A stretch of 64,000 bases of DNA from positions 21,204,001 to 21,268,000 of the forward strand of contig JAQFVV010000005.1 in NCBI GenBank assembly GCA_028023455.1. Direction: 5' to 3'. Below, piece after piece: positions 11,870 through 24,300 of the stretch. The stretch comes from Epiperipatus broadwayi. Its lineage: Eukaryota; Animalia; Onychophora. The position numbers and the translations under genes are program-made. How positions within the stretch are numbered: position 1 is the stretch's first letter; every line of letters begins with the position of its first letter. Under the pieces are notes generated by a model. It was not told the DNA's origin. It made no database searches and saw only the letters and a list, made by a program, of their open reading frames with translations.

Positions 11870-13772
11870 TGATGTTTAAGCACCAGAAGGGCAATAAGAT
11901 AGCATTGAAGAGAGAATTTCCCGATAGCTGGAATAAATCAAGAATAAGACTACTATTTAAAGGAAATGATAAGGATCATAGAAAGTAAAACAATTACAGA
12001 CTGATAGTGGTAATATCATTGCTATATAAAGTTTTTGCATATATGGTGGCTGGAAGGGTTGCAAAATGGATGGAAGAAAACAACATAGTGGAAGAAATGC
12101 AAGGAGGTTTTCGATCGGATAGGTATATAGGAGATAGTTTATTTTTTGGCACACACCTTATACATATGAGTAGGAATACAGATAAACAGTTATATATGGC
12201 TTTTATAGATATAGAGAAGGCATATTATAGAGTAAATAGAAGTATATTAGAGGTAAGTTTAGTAAATTTGTGAATGAATGGAGCTTTAGTGGATCTTATT
12301 AAGAGAATATGTGAAAATAATTACTATACATATCAATTTGGAAATGTAGAATCAGTTAAAGTTTAAAATGGGGTGGGACTAAGACAAGGATGGCCTATGT
12401 CACCTATTTTGTTATTGTTATATTTGAGAGAAATAGAGAGAGCAATAGAAAGTTTAGGAAGAGGGTAGAGATACTACTAATAGGTGGCAAGGGAGTATAT
12501 ACATTATCAGATCTTTTATTTGTGATGAAGTTTTTTTTTGTGCACAGAAAGTAGGGAAGATATGGAAATTATCCTGAAGGTGTGCATGAGTGAATAAAAG
12601 AATAGGGATTAAATTTAGTGAAGAAAAATCAAAAGTAATGTTGATAAACACAGGGGAAAGAGAGGTGAAAGGATTTTTATTAGGGGATATAAAGTTAAAT
12701 ATGGTAAATAGGTATAACTATTTGGGAATCACCTTAAGTAATCAAAGAAATTGCTAGAACGAATGGAGCAAAGAAAAGAAAAAAAATAACAATACTTTTA
12801 TATAATAAATATGATGTTGCTAGAATTGTATGTAAGGGTTGGAAATAGCAGAGTTAACTTATGGTAATGATGTATTATGTGTTAGTAAAGAGGCATTAAA
12901 TTAATTAGAAAAAATATAGAGAGAAGCAGGAAGATATGCATTAGATATAGATGTGTGGACTGCAAAGGAGGCAATTCAAGGAGAAATGGGATGGTCAAGT
13001 TTTTATAGGAGAGATGCAAAAAGCATAATGAAAATGTTCAATATATTGCAATTTATGGATAATAAGAGAATAGCCAAAATTAGTATTTAGTTGGGTTATG
13101 AGTAAAGGACAGACAACAAGATGAGAGTGAAAGGTAGTACCAAAACATTTGAATAAAGACTTTATCTCAGTATACAATGATTGTGTTAGGGGAATTGTTG
13201 AGTTTATAGTGGCAAGAAATGTAATAGAAGAATAGATGCATTAATAAAAAAATAGGGAATTGGGAGAACTAGTATGGAGAGTGAAAAGAGTTTAAATAAA
13301 TATAGAAGTAAACAGAATATTGGGTGCAAGTTAATTTATGATAATAGCAAGGAGAGTAGTTTATTGTTTAAGGTTTGAATAAGATCTTTAGCAACAAGGG
13401 AATATTTACATAAATGGAAAAATATGGGTGATTTAATCTGCAAGCTATGTAAGGAATTGAATGTAAATGCATGCAAGCAGAAAGGATACAAATAATGTTT
13501 TGGGGGGAATAAAAATAAACAAAATGATTATACAGAAAGTGTGTTCTTGGTTTTTATGCTGAGTCTCAGAAGAGATAAGGGGATTTAGATAAAATGGTCA
13601 TAGATTTGACAAAGATTATGTTGTGGAAATGAGATGGAGCAGGATAGTGAAGAATATAGGAAAAACAGGGTAGGGAATGGAAAGAGAATGCAATATGTTA
13701 ATAGGTTTCTGTGGCCATAGTGGTTGAGAGATTCCTGACTCCGAGAAAGAAGAAGCCACAGTACATCACATG
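11870..13772 (+). mobile_element. 5'-truncated non-LTR retrotransposon (RT + C-terminal CCHC-type zinc finger region; clade uncertain, possibly RTE-X-like), decayed
   Basis: FPDSWNKSRIRLLFKG..NYRLI; ORF 12007..12273 MQGGFRSDR...AFIDIEKAY; GLRQGWPMSP near 12375-12405. The 3' part is shared with 41283-41772. Confidence 0.85.
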
Positions 13773-14189
13773 TGTTTAACATTTACTTTAATTAAAGTGT
13801 GCTGCAGAGTGATTTTATATCTTTCTGCAGCATTTTAAAGAAGTTTGATATAAAGTATTTAATTGATTACAATATGTAGGAGAGAAAATAAAATAACTAA
13901 AAATTACTATAAACACCTGAATTTTGCAGACAATATAGCTAACTTTATAAATACAATAATAATACTTCAGAATTGTAGGAAATGTAACAAAATATGTCAA
14001 GAATAATGCAAAGAAATACGAGTAATATAATGCCCAATGACTTTAAAAGAGAGAGAGAAAATGAAAGATAAATAATGAATGAAATGGAAGTTAATAATTA
14101 CATATAGTTTGGTGAAATTATTGACAAAACACCGAAGATAATCTTAATCTTAGAATTTAACTTAGATATAGTTCCTTCAGTAAAAATAA

Positions 14190-14580
14190 CTTAAAGTTAG
14201 GAAGAAATATACCTATGTTCATAAAAAAAGAGAGTTTTTAATGGGAGTGTTTTGCTAATGCTTAATTATGAATCTGAAACTTGGAAACTTAATCAAATAA
14301 TAATACAGACTTCAAAAGTATTACATAAATGTTTTTTGGAATTAACAAGAAGGGATCAAAATCAAAATATATTGCAAGGGAAAAACAAATATTAATATTA
14401 TTTAAAAAAATTAAATATTAAACTAGAATTGGCTGGATATACCATTAGAATAGATGACATTAGAGAGATGTATGAAATCTTAATCTGTATCTCAAAATAG
14501 TATTTAAAAAATCTAGAAAGCGAACATATATGGAAAGGATGTATGATATAAGGGAATTTACAGAAGTGATATGGAGAAGA
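14190..14580 (+). mobile_element. RTE-clade LINE 3' fragment
   Basis: Aligns by eye with 22250-22560 (tctgaaacttgga, tggctggatata..attagaatagatga). Confidence 0.5.
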
Positions 14581-14905
14581 GAAACTCTAAATTGAAGAAA
14601 ATATATTAAACTTGGAGAAAAAGAACTTTGTCTAAAAATTGATTAATATTTGTTGAAAATAATAGTAATTGTGAATTTATAGAACAAATCAGCTTTCAAA
14701 TTATTTAAAGTATTTAAATTTATGCTTTTCTATAAATAACTCAACATTATCAAATGAATAATTAATTCCATAAAGAATTAACAGAGATATTTTTCAGATT
14801 CTAATAAGAAGAAAGACATGATCTAAAAGTTTGCACAATATTTCCTTAAGTTATAACTGATTCTGTAGATCTATCAAAATTTGTCACTAATATATATATA
14901 TATAT

Positions 14906-15223
14906 TGTAATAATAGTCTGGGTTTTCCACCAGAAGAGGGGGCAATGCATCTCACTATGGTCAGATTTAGAGTCATTGGGTAGGATGTTGTGAATGATGC
15001 GATGAAGTACCTAAATTATGATTGTATATATCCCCAATGCTCTAAGTTTACACATTAAATTCAGACACAATTTAGGCTAGTTCATCCATATCTCACCCCT
15101 CTTTCAGATTCCATTACACCTCAGTATTCAAACTCAGGGAGAATGTTGCCTTCAATATAAAAACTATTGCACCTCTACATAGGTTCCCATTGACTTAAAA
15201 TACATCAAACCTGCTGTGATACA
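14906..15223. mobile_element. TG...CA solo-LTR-like element in a (TA)n tract
   Basis: Begins TGTAATAA after (TA)n and ends GTGATACA before TATA. Higher GC than flanks; 318 bp. Confidence 0.45.
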
Positions 15224-18200
15224 TATAATAACAATACATATGTGTGCGTATGTATATAGTCAAATAAATTGATGGATGGGTATATGAATGATTTGATAAA
15301 CTAGAGACCAATTTTAATTTAAATCAAATAGACAACATTTATTTGATAATAGATAAAATTCAAACCCTTTTAACATGATTAAAAAATATGTATATACATG
15401 GGTGTGTCAAGTATGTATCTCTACCGTATTAATGATTAAATGTGTTTATTATTCCAACTCTTTCCATGGTAGATATACATGACAAGACATGAAATATTTA
15501 CAAAGCAGGTAAATTTAACAACAAAAAAATCATTGATTCATTATTACAATGATCATGACGCTGACTAGATAATTTATCCTAATATGCATATATATATATA
15601 AACCTCATTGAATTCCAATGATTGCTGTTTCATCTTCTTTGGGATCCCCTATCTATGTATAGTTGATAGAAACATTCATATAAGGAAATTAGTCATTCAC
15701 ACCAAATAAACTAATTATGACTATTGTTAATTAAATAAACAAACTATTAATACAAACTCTGTCCTGTAATAGTGCATGTACTTAATATGGAATAGTATCA
15801 AAATTCTTACTTTATTCCATAATCCATGGTGGTGTCTAAATGTCAAGTCACTATGGAGGGAATTAACCTAAACTTTATTTACATAAAAATCTTATCTAAC
15901 TTAATACCTTCCCTCCTGCAATATATTACTTTTGAACATAATGGACTATTCCAAATGTAAGCATGTTGAAACTTTCAAGTGTGAAAATGAAATAATAGAA
16001 TTTTACAAACATGTAAAAAGATATATATATATATATGATAAATCAATTTTTTTTCAAATCACCTGATTAAAGACATTGAATCTATTAATAACATCTCTCA
16101 TGGATACAGTCTATCTTTATTCTCATCATTCTCCTCTGATAAATCCTCCATCATTCGCTCGAATTCTCTGGCAACAAGCCTGAAATGATGTTTCCATTTC
16201 TGCAGTTACTCATCTCCTGGATCCATTCAGACATTTCAGATGAGGCATTTGATATTTCTTTAGGCATTATGTATACAAGTGAATCAAATCATGATTTATG
16301 GCTGGGATAGTAGCATTTCAATCCTATGGTGTATTTAGCCAGAATACATTGCTTAGTGCTTTATAATAAATTCAATTTTCTTCAATTTATTTGGTATTTA
16401 GAGAATCATATAAAAGAAAATTTACTTCATCATCCAAATATATATATATTGGCAATATATTATTTTCTTTCCTGTCATTCAAATAATAACACATTCCATT
16501 ATTTTTACTTATCAACTTAAAATGAATTCAGTTCTTTCATTAAATTGCTAGAAAATTAATCAACTTTCTCTATTTCAAGCATTGAATTGTGATTGCTTTC
16601 AACTTTTTTGTGCTGTGAAAATTATACAACTAAAATGAGATTTTTGAATTAGTCATCCATTTTATCTTGCATTCTATGGTTCAATCTTAAGATACTGGTT
16701 GTGTGCGGTTATTCTATCCTTTGATAAATGACAAAAGACAATGGAAATGAACTGGATTCACTTTTATACCACACTCAGTTTCTGATGTTTAGTATATGAA
16801 ATTTCTCATTTCCTTTTTAATTGCTGCGGTTATCTATTGTTGCATATATATATAATAAAATTACATCATAAAATTCTGCTCTCATCCTTTAACACTTGGT
16901 TGTCCAGGTATTGTCTTGACATTAGGTCATCATTATGCCTAAAAAGTCTAAGTCTTAAATAGTGATGTTTACATGGTGACAAATGACTTATTTTTAGTAT
17001 AGGTGTATATATGAAAGGTCTTTTTAATTAAGTTTTTACTTTCCATTGAAAAAGAGCATTTATTTCATTTTAACACTCTTGATTTATTAATTATCAAAAT
17101 AAACTTTTAAATGCATATATGTCTGTTCACATAAAAAAAATTAATAATGCGTATCTAACCTATTATCTCAGTTAATTATTTCCAATGGGTTTAACTTAAT
17201 GTTATGGATACATAAAGGCAGGTTTAAACAGGATTATAAGTTACCCTTACAGTAATATATATATATATATATGTTAATTCTAATATTTTCATGGATAAAT
17301 GGTGATTTTGTATTATTATTATTTTTGGGATATTCCATGTACTAAATTAGCTAAACATCTTCCTCAGAGCATCCTCTTTCTCAAATCATAAGAATATGTG
17401 TAAGAGTTTATTAATAGAAAATCTGTTTTTGTTTCATAAATGTAATAAGTTTTTTTCTTTCTCCCAATTTGCTCTTTGAGTAGAAGAATCAAGATTGCTA
17501 TCTTTGATTTTTTGAAAATATTTAACAAACTCTTAGTTATTTTTAAAGAAATAATCTAATTTATTGAAGGTTAACCCATGAACAAAAATTACTTGATAGG
17601 TTAATATAATTTTATCAAATTGTATATTTATTTATATAATGAAATGGATGTTGGAAATTATCTACTATCATATCATTTTTTTGTTAATTAGATATTAAAT
17701 AATTGTTTTTAAAATATTATTTCTAGTCTTAATTACTTTATACTATCCAGTTCCTGTTCATAAAGTGTGGCATGTGCGTGACCTTATATCATTACAGATT
17801 GTATTCTAAGATTTAGTTGTTTTTTTTGGTGATCCCAATAAAACTAGTTATATATGAGAAGGGGAAACCCATGAATTGATTATGATTATTTATAATAAGC
17901 TAATTTATTTATTAATTTCCCTCTTGCTCACAGTAATAAATTATAGAGTTCTTGCTTCCTGGGCTAGATTTGTGCATAACTTCTATATGGGATAGGGGAT
18001 TTATATTTAGTGTATGGATATCCAGATGTTGATGATAAATGATTCATGGGTTGGCATGAAGAAGATAGATATTCTGCAAAGTCCATGCACTACCTTTTGT
18101 TTAGTTTGGTTTTTGTAAATTTTATTTTTTAACTTGAAGATATAAATACAATTCCTCATTCCTCATGGTCTAAACCCCAATTTTCTGGAGAATTACCAAT

Positions 18201-18600
18201 GGCTAACCAATTTAGGATAGTTGATCTTCACATACTGATGACCATTACTCCAGGTATGACTTGTATTTCCCTGTAGCATTACAATATATATGTGCAATAA
18301 TGTTGTATTCTATACCTTATGTAAGATTAAAGTAGTTTTTATAATCAAGAGTTGACAGTAAAAATAATTGATTGAGTGTAAATAATTTCAACCTTAAAAA
18401 TCAAGGTGGTCATTTATGATATATGTAAGCATCAATCTATCTAATATAGATATAAATATTTGAAAACCAGGCACTCTTCACAAACCTGGGAGCTTAATTG
18501 TAAGTATAGAGGATTTGATTTCAGATTTTCAAGCACCCTTCAACTATCCACACTATCTCATACAACTGATACATATGACCACACACATGTAGAAAAGATG

Positions 18601-18660
18601 AATTATCACCAATATATGTATTTCATGCTAAACCAGCACTCATAAGTTGATCCAGATTAT
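18601..18660 (-). ncRNA. Mutated hammerhead (family A, inverted arm)
   Basis: The core reads CTTATGA instead of CTGATGA; stems are otherwise recognisable. Confidence 0.7.
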
Positions 18661-18718
18661 CATCTCCCACACACATATATATAAACTGAGCACTGATTAT
18701 ATATATGTGTGGGAGATG

Positions 18719-18777
18719 ATAATCTGGACCAACTGATGAGTGCTGGTTTAGCATGAAATATGTATATTGGTGATTAT
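18719..18777 (+). ncRNA. Type I hammerhead ribozyme (family A), intact core
   Basis: ataatc-tgg-accaa CTGATGA gtgct ggttt agcat GAAA tatgt ATA ttggt-gattat. Stems I, II and III are formed; cleavage triplet AUA at 18764-18766. Confidence 0.85.
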
Positions 18778-19196
18778 TTATCTTTTCTACATGTGTGTGG
18801 TCATGTATATCAGTTGTATGAGATAGTGTGGATAGTTGAAGGGTGCTTGAAAATCTGAGTTCAAATCCTTTATACTTACAATTAAGCTTCCAGGTTTGTG
18901 AAGAGTGCCTGATTTTCAAATATTTACATATCAAGCTTGTATCCTGTCCATCCCTTTTATATGTATTTAAATGGATACGGTCATATACATGAGGGGTCAG
19001 AGTCACTTCAAGTCAACATGGACATGGCAATAATATTAGCATCAGCATGGGATTTGAGTTTTCATCATTAGATTTTCAATGATATGGATGCCTGAAAAGT
19101 TGGAGGTTGGAGTGGATTGAAGCCTGTCCATTAAAGTATGAAGATTTGCTATCTTAATATAAATTGAGCACTGATTATATATATGTGTGGGAGATG

Positions 19197-19255
19197 ATAA
19201 TCTGGATCAACTGATAAGTGCTGCTTTAGCACGAAATACGTTTATTGGTGATTGT
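19197..19255 (+). ncRNA. Mutated hammerhead (family A)
   Basis: Core CTGATAA (G8A); stem II gtgct/agcac; GAAA; the stem III pair is broken (TTA). Confidence 0.7.
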
Positions 19256-19712
19256 TTATTTTTTTTACATGTGTGTGGTCATTTGTATCAGTTGTATGAG
19301 ATAGTGTGGATAGTTGAAGGATGTTTGAAAATCTGAGTTCAAATCCTCTATACTTACTAATAAAGATGTGAAGATATAGGTATTTCAAGGTGTTAACTAA
19401 CATGAGTTGAGCTAAATACTGTTTATGAAAGATGTATATAGTGAGAAAGAGTGGGGTAGATTGTTGTGATAAGGGGAGTGGTTATGAATTTGAAGAAAAA
19501 AAAGGTTTATTTATTCTATTAACTATTAATGTAGCACTCTATGTAATGATGGAATTATAATCAATATTTTAAAAGAAGTAGATGAGAAATAGAAAAAATT
19601 TTGACAAAATTATATGTCAAATGTTTCAATGATAAAGATATACCAGTTGATTGGAAGAATACAATATTAATATTAATATTTAAAAAAGATGACAAAGAAG
19701 ATATTAAAATTA

Positions 19713-21160
19713 GAGTATTTTAAAGTTTACCCGTCTGCATCATCCCTTCCTAGAATTTTTGCAAATGTTAAATTACATAAACTAGATAGACCTTTACATT
19801 TAATGATGGATTTTGGTAGTGTACATTATTTTGAAACTTCTGTTTTGATTAATCGTTGGTTGATTGATGCTATAGGTTTTGGGTTGTTTACAGTCAATTC
19901 ATCGTTTAAATTTATTGATGTAATTAAAGATGCTAAAATTAATTCTAATTTTAAATCGGCAGTGCTGGATGTTATGGAATTGTATGGGTCCATTGATCAT
20001 AAGCAGTCAATAGATATAGTCAAGTTATCTTTACTTGATAAAGTCTTTCCATCTAATAAAGTTGACTTTATTGTTGGATTTTTGACTTGGCTGGATGAAA
20101 ATTTAGTGGCTACATTTAAAGATTCTTGTTTTCAAATGATGAATGGTTGGCCTATGGGACTTCCTCTTAGTGGAATTCTTTCTAGTATAGTTTTAGACCA
20201 TTTTGAATGTAGTATTATTCCTACATTTATTAACTCTGTACCAGATATTATCTACACTAGATATGTAGATGATATATTTATTGTGGCTCCTGAAAATATC
20301 ATTTTGGAGATTCAAAGTAGTATTCATGAGGCTACCAGTTTAAATCTTACGATAAATTGGGAAGATGCATTACAGGAAGTGAAATATTTAGATATTATTG
20401 TGCATAGAACAGAGGATCATTTGGACTACTGTATGTTTGTGAAACCTATTGAAGTTAGGGTTTAATTCATCCGCATTCATACTCTCCCCAAGTGCCCAAG
20501 TTGGCATCTTTGAATTCATTTTTATATAGAAACCACCATCTTTGCAAATTTGAGGCACATAGGAAAGAAAATCTTATTTGTTTTATTGAGGACTTAGTCA
20601 AACTTGGACATAAACGTTCAATTATTAACAATAGAGTTGTAAATTTTTTACATAATTTGCAGTTTAAACCTGACAAGATTGAAAAACCTCGTATAGTTTT
20701 ACCATTTATTCATTCTATTGCAAAACAGTTAATTAATAAGTTATCTCCAGATTTTCAAGTAATTTTTCATTCACCTCCAAATACAAATAGATTGATTAAC
20801 AATTCAAAATTTAAAATTGAATCTAACTTAACTCAGCATGTGGTTTATAGTGTTTCTTGTCCTCATAAAGATTGTGATTCTATTTATTATGGTGAAACTA
20901 AAACCAATATTTTAAATAGAGTGTCACAGCATAAATATTTATATCATCGTACTAAAACTAAACTTTTGGGAAATTCAGTGTTTGTGGAACATGAAAATAA
21001 GGCTGGACACTTATGTCAACCAGTAGAGGCAAAATTAGTGTGTACGGAGAAGAATGACGTAAAGCGTAAGGTTAAAGAAGCTTGTTTTATAGCTGGTAAT
21101 CCTAATGCTATTAATCGAAAGGATTCTTGTTTTAATATTTCTAAAATATGGACTTTATAA
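19713..21160 (+). pseudogene. PLE reverse transcriptase + GIY-YIG endonuclease, one frameshift near 20460-20492
   Basis: LPRIFANVKLHKLDRPL, DVMELYGSI, GWPMGLPLS, RYVDD (ORF 19689..20465). VVYSVSC..IYYGET..R..QH..RKVKEA (ORF 20492..21160). Confidence 0.9.
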
Positions 21161-21273
21161 TATTTATTTATTTATATTGTATTTTATTTATTTATTTAGA
21201 GTTAGTTTACATCTTATTTGAGATACGCATTTTGCTTGTGAATAAGTGTTTATATTTTGTATTTGTTTTGTAT

Positions 21274-21320
21274 TGAGCTATGATTATGGAGGCTTAAGTC
21301 CCCCAAAAGCGCTCAGCTTT
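21274..21320 (+). ncRNA. Decayed hammerhead in the PLE 3' pLTR
   Basis: gagct ATGATTA tggagg cttaag tcccc CAAAA gcgc TC agct resembles CTGATGA...GAAA GCGC TC, with a palindromic stem III and several core substitutions. Confidence 0.45.
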
Positions 21321-24300
21321 ATTGTTATAATTTTATATTTAAAGCTTCAGCAACTGTGTTTTATCACAGTTAATTTTTAATTTATTGATTTTTGTTGAAG
21401 TATATACATACATTCTTTTCATTAAAGAAGATATTAGAAATTACATCTCAGTCTTTTATCATTAACATATTTTTTCCTAAATAATTACAACTCATCTATA
21501 ACAAATTTTGGAATTTAAACAACTAAAAGAACAAGCTGGTTTTAAAAGTGATTTTAGTATAGTAGATCATATTCAAGTATTGAGAGAAGTTATAGAAAGG
21601 ACCAATGAATGTGAGTTGCCACTATGCTTTGGATTTTGTAGATTATGAAAAGGCATTTGATTATAAGCATTCCTTTAATGATTAAAGCATTGAATGATAA
21701 AGGTATAGACACAGGATATTGTAATATTCTGAAGAATATTTATAAAAATGTAGCAGCAATAATTAGTAGCATACTGATATGAAAAAGATTAACATCGAGA
21801 AGAGTATATGACATTGTTATTCCATACATCCAATCCTTTTTACAGTAGTTTTGTAAGAAGTATTTTGTAGATTAAAATGGGAATCTAAGAGAATAGAAGT
21901 AAATGGAGATTATTTAAGTCATCTGGATTTTGCAAATGATGTAGTTGTTTGTGAAACTAATGCTTTAAAGCTTCAGGAAATTTTGTAAGAGTCATCAGAT
22001 GAAAGTAAGAAAGTTGTATTAAAGATAAATGTTAAAAAAGCTAAAGTAATATTCAATGGATTTTCTCAAAATAGGAAAATAAAGATTGATTATGATTATA
22101 AAAAATTGACAACTATAAATATCTTAGTCAGTTTATTATTACAGATGATAACATAACAGATAAATTAATCATAGAATTAAATTGGTTGGAATGCTTTTGG
22201 TGTGAATAATATTAAAGGAAAATATGCCTATGTGTATGGAAAAGGAAGGATTTTAATTAATGTGTGTAACCAGTACTTACTTACATATCTGAGACTTGGA
22301 CTCTTAATAGAAGAGGAATACAGAGATTTCAGACCACTCAATGAAGTATTGTGAGACGTATGTTAGAAGTAACAAAAAGGAATCGAAAACAAAATACATG
22401 GATGAGAGAACAAACAAGTTTCACTGATATCATTCAAAGAATTATAAGACCAAAGTGGAGTTGGACTGGACATATTGCTAGAAGAGATGATAATAAATGG
22501 CAGTTGAAATCATAAACTGGATTCCATGAGATTATAAAAGACCCAGAAAGCGACCACATGTGAAATGGATGGATAAAATAATAAAATGTGTTGGGATGAT
22601 GTGGAAAAGAGAGACTAAAACATCAGAGAAGATGGATTGAACTTGAAGAGACTTTCATCCTGCAGTTGATCGATGTTGGATGAAAATGATGACCTTAACT
22701 ATTACAAATATAATTCGTTGTAATTCCAAACTATTACGAGGTGCATAGATATCTTCGTCCTCCTATGGAATAGCAATATAGAGAGGTTCTAGAAGCTCAC
22801 CCTCTCTTTAATTTTTTTGTTTTACAATACTATTATTAATTGTTATATATATATGTAATTTTTCATTTAAATATATACATATAGACACATATCGTGGATT
22901 TGTTTATTATATGTGATAGCTTATTTAATAATAATGTACTGTTATTTTGCTTAGATTAGACACGTCCTCGATCAAATAACTGAAGCCATGCAAGTAGTTG
23001 GTATCAAGTGTGATATTGCCAGCATGTCAGAATAGCGTTGATATTAACAATAAACAACCACGTATAAGGAGAGCCCGTGAAAATCTTTGTTTTAATAATA
23101 TTGCATATATATACGACACGTAAAAAATCTCGGCAACAGATGTATGAATTAGCTAAATTATTTCTGAATGTTTGTATAAATCTTATCAAAAGTCGAGTGA
23201 ATTTGTAAATATCACCTCACAGATGACTTGACCTTCGGTTATATTTAAATGATTAAAAGATTTCTCCTGATAACATAAAAAATTAAAATATTCTGATAAT
23301 ATTAAATCCAGGGCCATTTGCCGGAAATTTGTTTAATATTCCTTCATTAAAGAGTAATTTTGATTAGAAATTTTCCAAGGACAAGAAGTGGACTAAAAAG
23401 AATTCCAGTTTAGAAAAAAAAAAAATACTGACAAATATAGCTACAAATTATAAATGTCTTCTATATATATATAGGTAAATAAATAAAACAGCTCACTGCC
23501 AAGCGAACACCAGAAGAACTGTGATGGACAATGATCACCATAATTGCTAATTAATAAATGGTAGACTTTGAGCACTTTTCCATCTTTATTCAACTTTCTA
23601 GCTAAGTATAGCCAGATACTGATTTATCAGTCAATATGATTATATCTGAGTTGGCTACTGATTGGTTACCTGAAAGAAAAATCCAAACCTGTTAAAAATG
23701 CTTGTTAATTCATCCTGGATTCAAACCTTAGGTCACAAGCATAGCAGCTCATCAGACTGTAATTTCCCTAATATGGCTTTTCTTTATATGTAAAGGTAAA
23801 TAATATTTATTTACCAATTGGTGAATAAAGACCTTTCCAAAAACCTTCAAAGTGGAATAAATGTTCTAATAGCAATTTATTGTGGAACTACTCCCATCTT
23901 TATTGCTAAGAATATCTAAATATGGATATTATCAACTGGTTGACTTATGTTGCAGTTACCTGAATAAAGTATAGAACTTGCTTTGGAAATTTTCAGCTAC
24001 CACAAAAATTGTTCAAATTTTTTCTGGATTTAGACATGTCTGGTGAATACACTTATACTGCATCATTAGGATCTTTCTTTCTCAGTCTGTCTAGTTCTCT
24101 CTCTCTCTCTCTCTGTATGTATATGCATGTATTAAAAACAATGATTTTAATGGGCAATAGATATAAAAGATCTATTGTCTGGATTTGTCCATGTATTATT
24201 AATAATACTATTGTATTGATGTTTCATTGAATCATAGCTTCCATCTATTAAGAAATCTCTAATCTACATTTCTTCATACATTCTGAAGATGCTTGAACAT

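Larger units (their letters stand above)
18453..19357 (+). mobile_element. Retrozyme-like HHR family A locus: inverted arm plus about 1.4 tandem units of a 478-nt monomer
   Basis: Inverted arms 18453-18684 and 18697-18927 (about 94%). Direct repeats 18685-18880 and 19162-19357. HHR cores at 18733 and 19211 are 478 nt apart. Confidence 0.85.
19713..21423 (+). mobile_element. 5'-truncated Penelope-like element with target-site duplication
   Basis: Carries RT and GIY-YIG coding sequence plus a 3' tail. Flanked by aaagaagatatta at 19694-19706 and 21424-21436 (extends to aaatta with a 1-nt indel). Confidence 0.92.
19531..22692 (+). mobile_element. RTE-clade LINE (RT to 3' end), interrupted by a Penelope insertion
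   Basis: LTKLYVKCFNDKDIPVDWKNTILILIFKKDDKEDI before 19712 continues after 21424 with KEDIRNY...EQAGF...DHIQVLREVIE...DYEKAFD...HLDFANDVV. It ends with an RTE-type ..ELEETFILQ..tga.atgatga tail. Confidence 0.85.

Noticed and set aside
19689-19712. ATG start of ORF 19689..20465
   Set aside because: The first residues (MTKKILK) come from the RTE target and TSD read out of frame. The PLE is 5'-truncated, so this is not a genuine start.
23735-23765. Minus-strand CTGATGAG
   Set aside because: No GAAA or stems follow; it lies in a SINE-like stretch.
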